From NCBI RefSeq assembly GCF_018977255.1, contig NW_024704743.1, positions 102,488,001 to 102,552,000 on the forward strand: 64,000 nucleotides of DNA. Reading direction: 5' to 3'. Position 1 is the first letter of the stretch. Each line of letters opens with the position of its first letter. This document shows positions 62,075 through 64,000 of the stretch, piece by piece. The position numbers were made by a program, and so were the translations under genes. This DNA comes from Callorhinchus milii (lineage: Eukaryota). Under the pieces are notes generated by a model. It was not told the DNA's origin and made no database searches. It was given only the letters and a program-made list of their open reading frames with translations.

Positions 62075-63240
62075 ACAAACAACAGCAACAAAATTACACT
62101 TGTAAAACGTCTTTCACTTTGGGAGGATGTCCCAAGGCACTGGACAGTCAGTGTTTCAGACCCGAGCTGGGGGTTGGGATTAGGGAGGGTGGAGGGCAGT
62201 GGGGGGGAAGCAGGATGATCGAAAGCAGGTCGAAAGGGAGGGTCTTGAGATGGGTCTTGAAGAAGGCAAGGGAGGGGGCGAGGCGGAGGGACTGTGGAAT
62301 GGAGTTCCAGAGGGTAGGGGCAGAGTGGCAGAAGGCCCACCCACCAATGGTGGGGCGGATGAGTCGGGGTACGTGAAGCAGGCCAGAGCCCACTGAGCAG
62401 AGCGAGTGGTCAGGATGGTAGGGGGGTCAGGAGATCACAGAGGAAAGGGGGAGCAAGGCAATGGAGGGCTTTGAAGTTGAGGACCAGGATCTTCAACTGT
62501 AATGCTCTGTGTGCTGGGAAGCCAGTGGAGTTGGGCAAGGATGGGGGTGATAGAGTTCTGAATGATCTGCAGCCCATGGAAGGAGTAGTTGGCGAGGCTG
62601 ACAAGCAACGGGTTTGCATAGTCAAGCGTCAATGTTATGAATGTTATGAATGCATGTATGAGGCGGCCTGCAAAGATAATGGCGGAGCCGGGCAACATTG
62701 CAGAAGTGGAGGAAGGCAAAGCAGGTCATGGCACAGAAGTGGGATAGAAAGGATAGTAGAGGGTCAAACAAGATGCCAACATTCTAGATTGGCTTAGTAA
62801 GGTGGATTGTGCATCCATGGATGGTGATGCTGTCAGCGCCTGAGGCAATGGAGGGCCTCGGTCTAGTTGACCTTCAACCAAAGAAAGTTGGCTCTCATCC
62901 AGGACTTGATGGCTGACAGACATTCATTCAGGGCTGCAGTGGTCCTGGAATCAAGGGTGGAGGCAGAGAGGTACAGTTGGGTGCCATCCGCATACATGTG
63001 GAATTTGACCCCAGTCTGCAGATGATGTCACCAAGAGGGAACATATAGATATTGAAGAGGAGGGGACCAAGGACAGAGCCCTGAGGAACCTGCATGAGAC
63101 GGTGTGAGGGCTAGAGGAGAAGCCGTTTGTGGAGATGAAGTGGAGACAGTGTAAGAAGTACGATCTGAACCATTCAAGGACAGAACCATGAAGGTTGAGG
63201 TGAGAGGCAAAGGCAGATCAGGGCAAAGAACAGTAATCAA
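62075..63240 (-). mobile_element. L2 3' ~1.15 kb
   Basis: [10 protein letters not shown] at ~62975-63005, [11 protein letters not shown] region, TIGGWAFCHSAPTLWNSIP. Confidence 0.9.
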
Positions 63241-63289
63241 TGATCAGGAAAAACTTATGATCAATCTGATTAACATAAAAATAATTGCA

Positions 63290-63450
63290 GCTCTTGGTGA
63301 AAAGTGTGTTGTGTACCCCAAAGGTAATTTCACTCACAAAATACACAGTCAGTTCTCTTTAATGTATATTCTGTGAAACGTTTTGGGATGTCTCGAATAT
63401 GTAATAAGGCGCTATATCAAATGCAAGGATTATTATTATTATATTATATA
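63290..63450 (+). mobile_element. SINE 3' tail
   Basis: ttctgtgaaacgttttgggatgtc...aaggcgctatatcaaatgcaaggattattatt. Confidence 0.75.
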
Positions 63451-63638
63451 TTATAAAGACAGATAGTGGATCAGCCTCCAATTCCAGATCTTAAATAATT
63501 TTCTTTGAATTCTGAAAGGTATAATGTGATGTCTAATTACTGTATAACTTCACACTTTCTGTTTAAGTAATTAAATATTTTGTGATATATACAGCCCTGA
63601 CTGTTCGTAAATGTCTGTAATTATTCCTAGATCAGGTT

Positions 63639-63876
63639 GGGAAGAAATTCCACCTGGATTCAGAGTTACTCTCTTTATATACCAATTCAGATTTTCCACA
63701 GTTTGGCTCATCCTTAAGTAAAGCCTTCATTTTGAAAACAGTTTTCTGTAAGTTATTTAAGGCGTTCAAAAAACTGCCTTCAAAGTTAAAATTGAATTCA
63801 GCCATTTGCTAAATTCTGAATGCTGTGAAATGTTACATAAAGAAAGTAAACCTATATCCTGGTGGAATTTTCTCCC
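63639..63876. mobile_element. MITE, complete and almost fully palindromic
   Basis: gggaagaaattccacctgg...cctggtggaattttctccc; interior matches 45941-46175. Confidence 0.8.
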
Positions 63877-64000
63877 TATAAATGTCCTTCTAATTTTGAG
63901 TGTCAGATGAGAGGTGATTCAACTTTTCTCTTAGCTGACAAATGTATTTAATGTTTTCTTATTCTTCCCAGAGAATTTCAATTATTTCTCACCCCATAAT

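Noticed and set aside
61503..62797. Cluster of long ORFs on both strands
   Set aside because: Alternative frames of two GC-rich inverted L2 copies.
1..64000. CRISPR array, operon or other prokaryotic system
   Set aside because: Eukaryotic repeat landscape; recurring motifs are dispersed SINE/LINE tails, not regularly spaced repeats.

Overview
AT-rich, repeat-dense, apparently non-coding (intronic or intergenic) vertebrate DNA. The repeat set is 5'-truncated L2 and CR1 LINEs, Deu-domain SINEs, a young tRNA-Ala-headed SINE with an L2-type tail, and palindromic MITEs. This suggests a cartilaginous fish, possibly a chimaera (inference, not verified). I found no recognisable host protein-coding gene: every ORF with a recognisable product is a decayed L2 or CR1 ORF2 piece. 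Best-supported non-obvious items: (1) a 600-bp solo LTR inside an L2 copy, with a 4-bp TSD, an empty-site paralog elsewhere in the window, an ordered promoter and a G-U-rich hairpin at the predicted start of R; (2) a CpG-retaining multi-palindrome cluster built from ZNF143/SBS-like motifs at 38.3-38.6 kb; (3) an apparently chimeric young SINE (tRNA-Ala + CORE-like + DeuSINE 3' half + L2 tail) in two length variants; (4) a ~240-bp palindromic MITE family with about 6 copies; (5) several nested insertions that order the repeat families in time. I cannot support a novel protein-based system here. Repeat boundaries were read by eye and are approximate unless TSDs are given. Family names come from recalled consensus motifs, not database searches.
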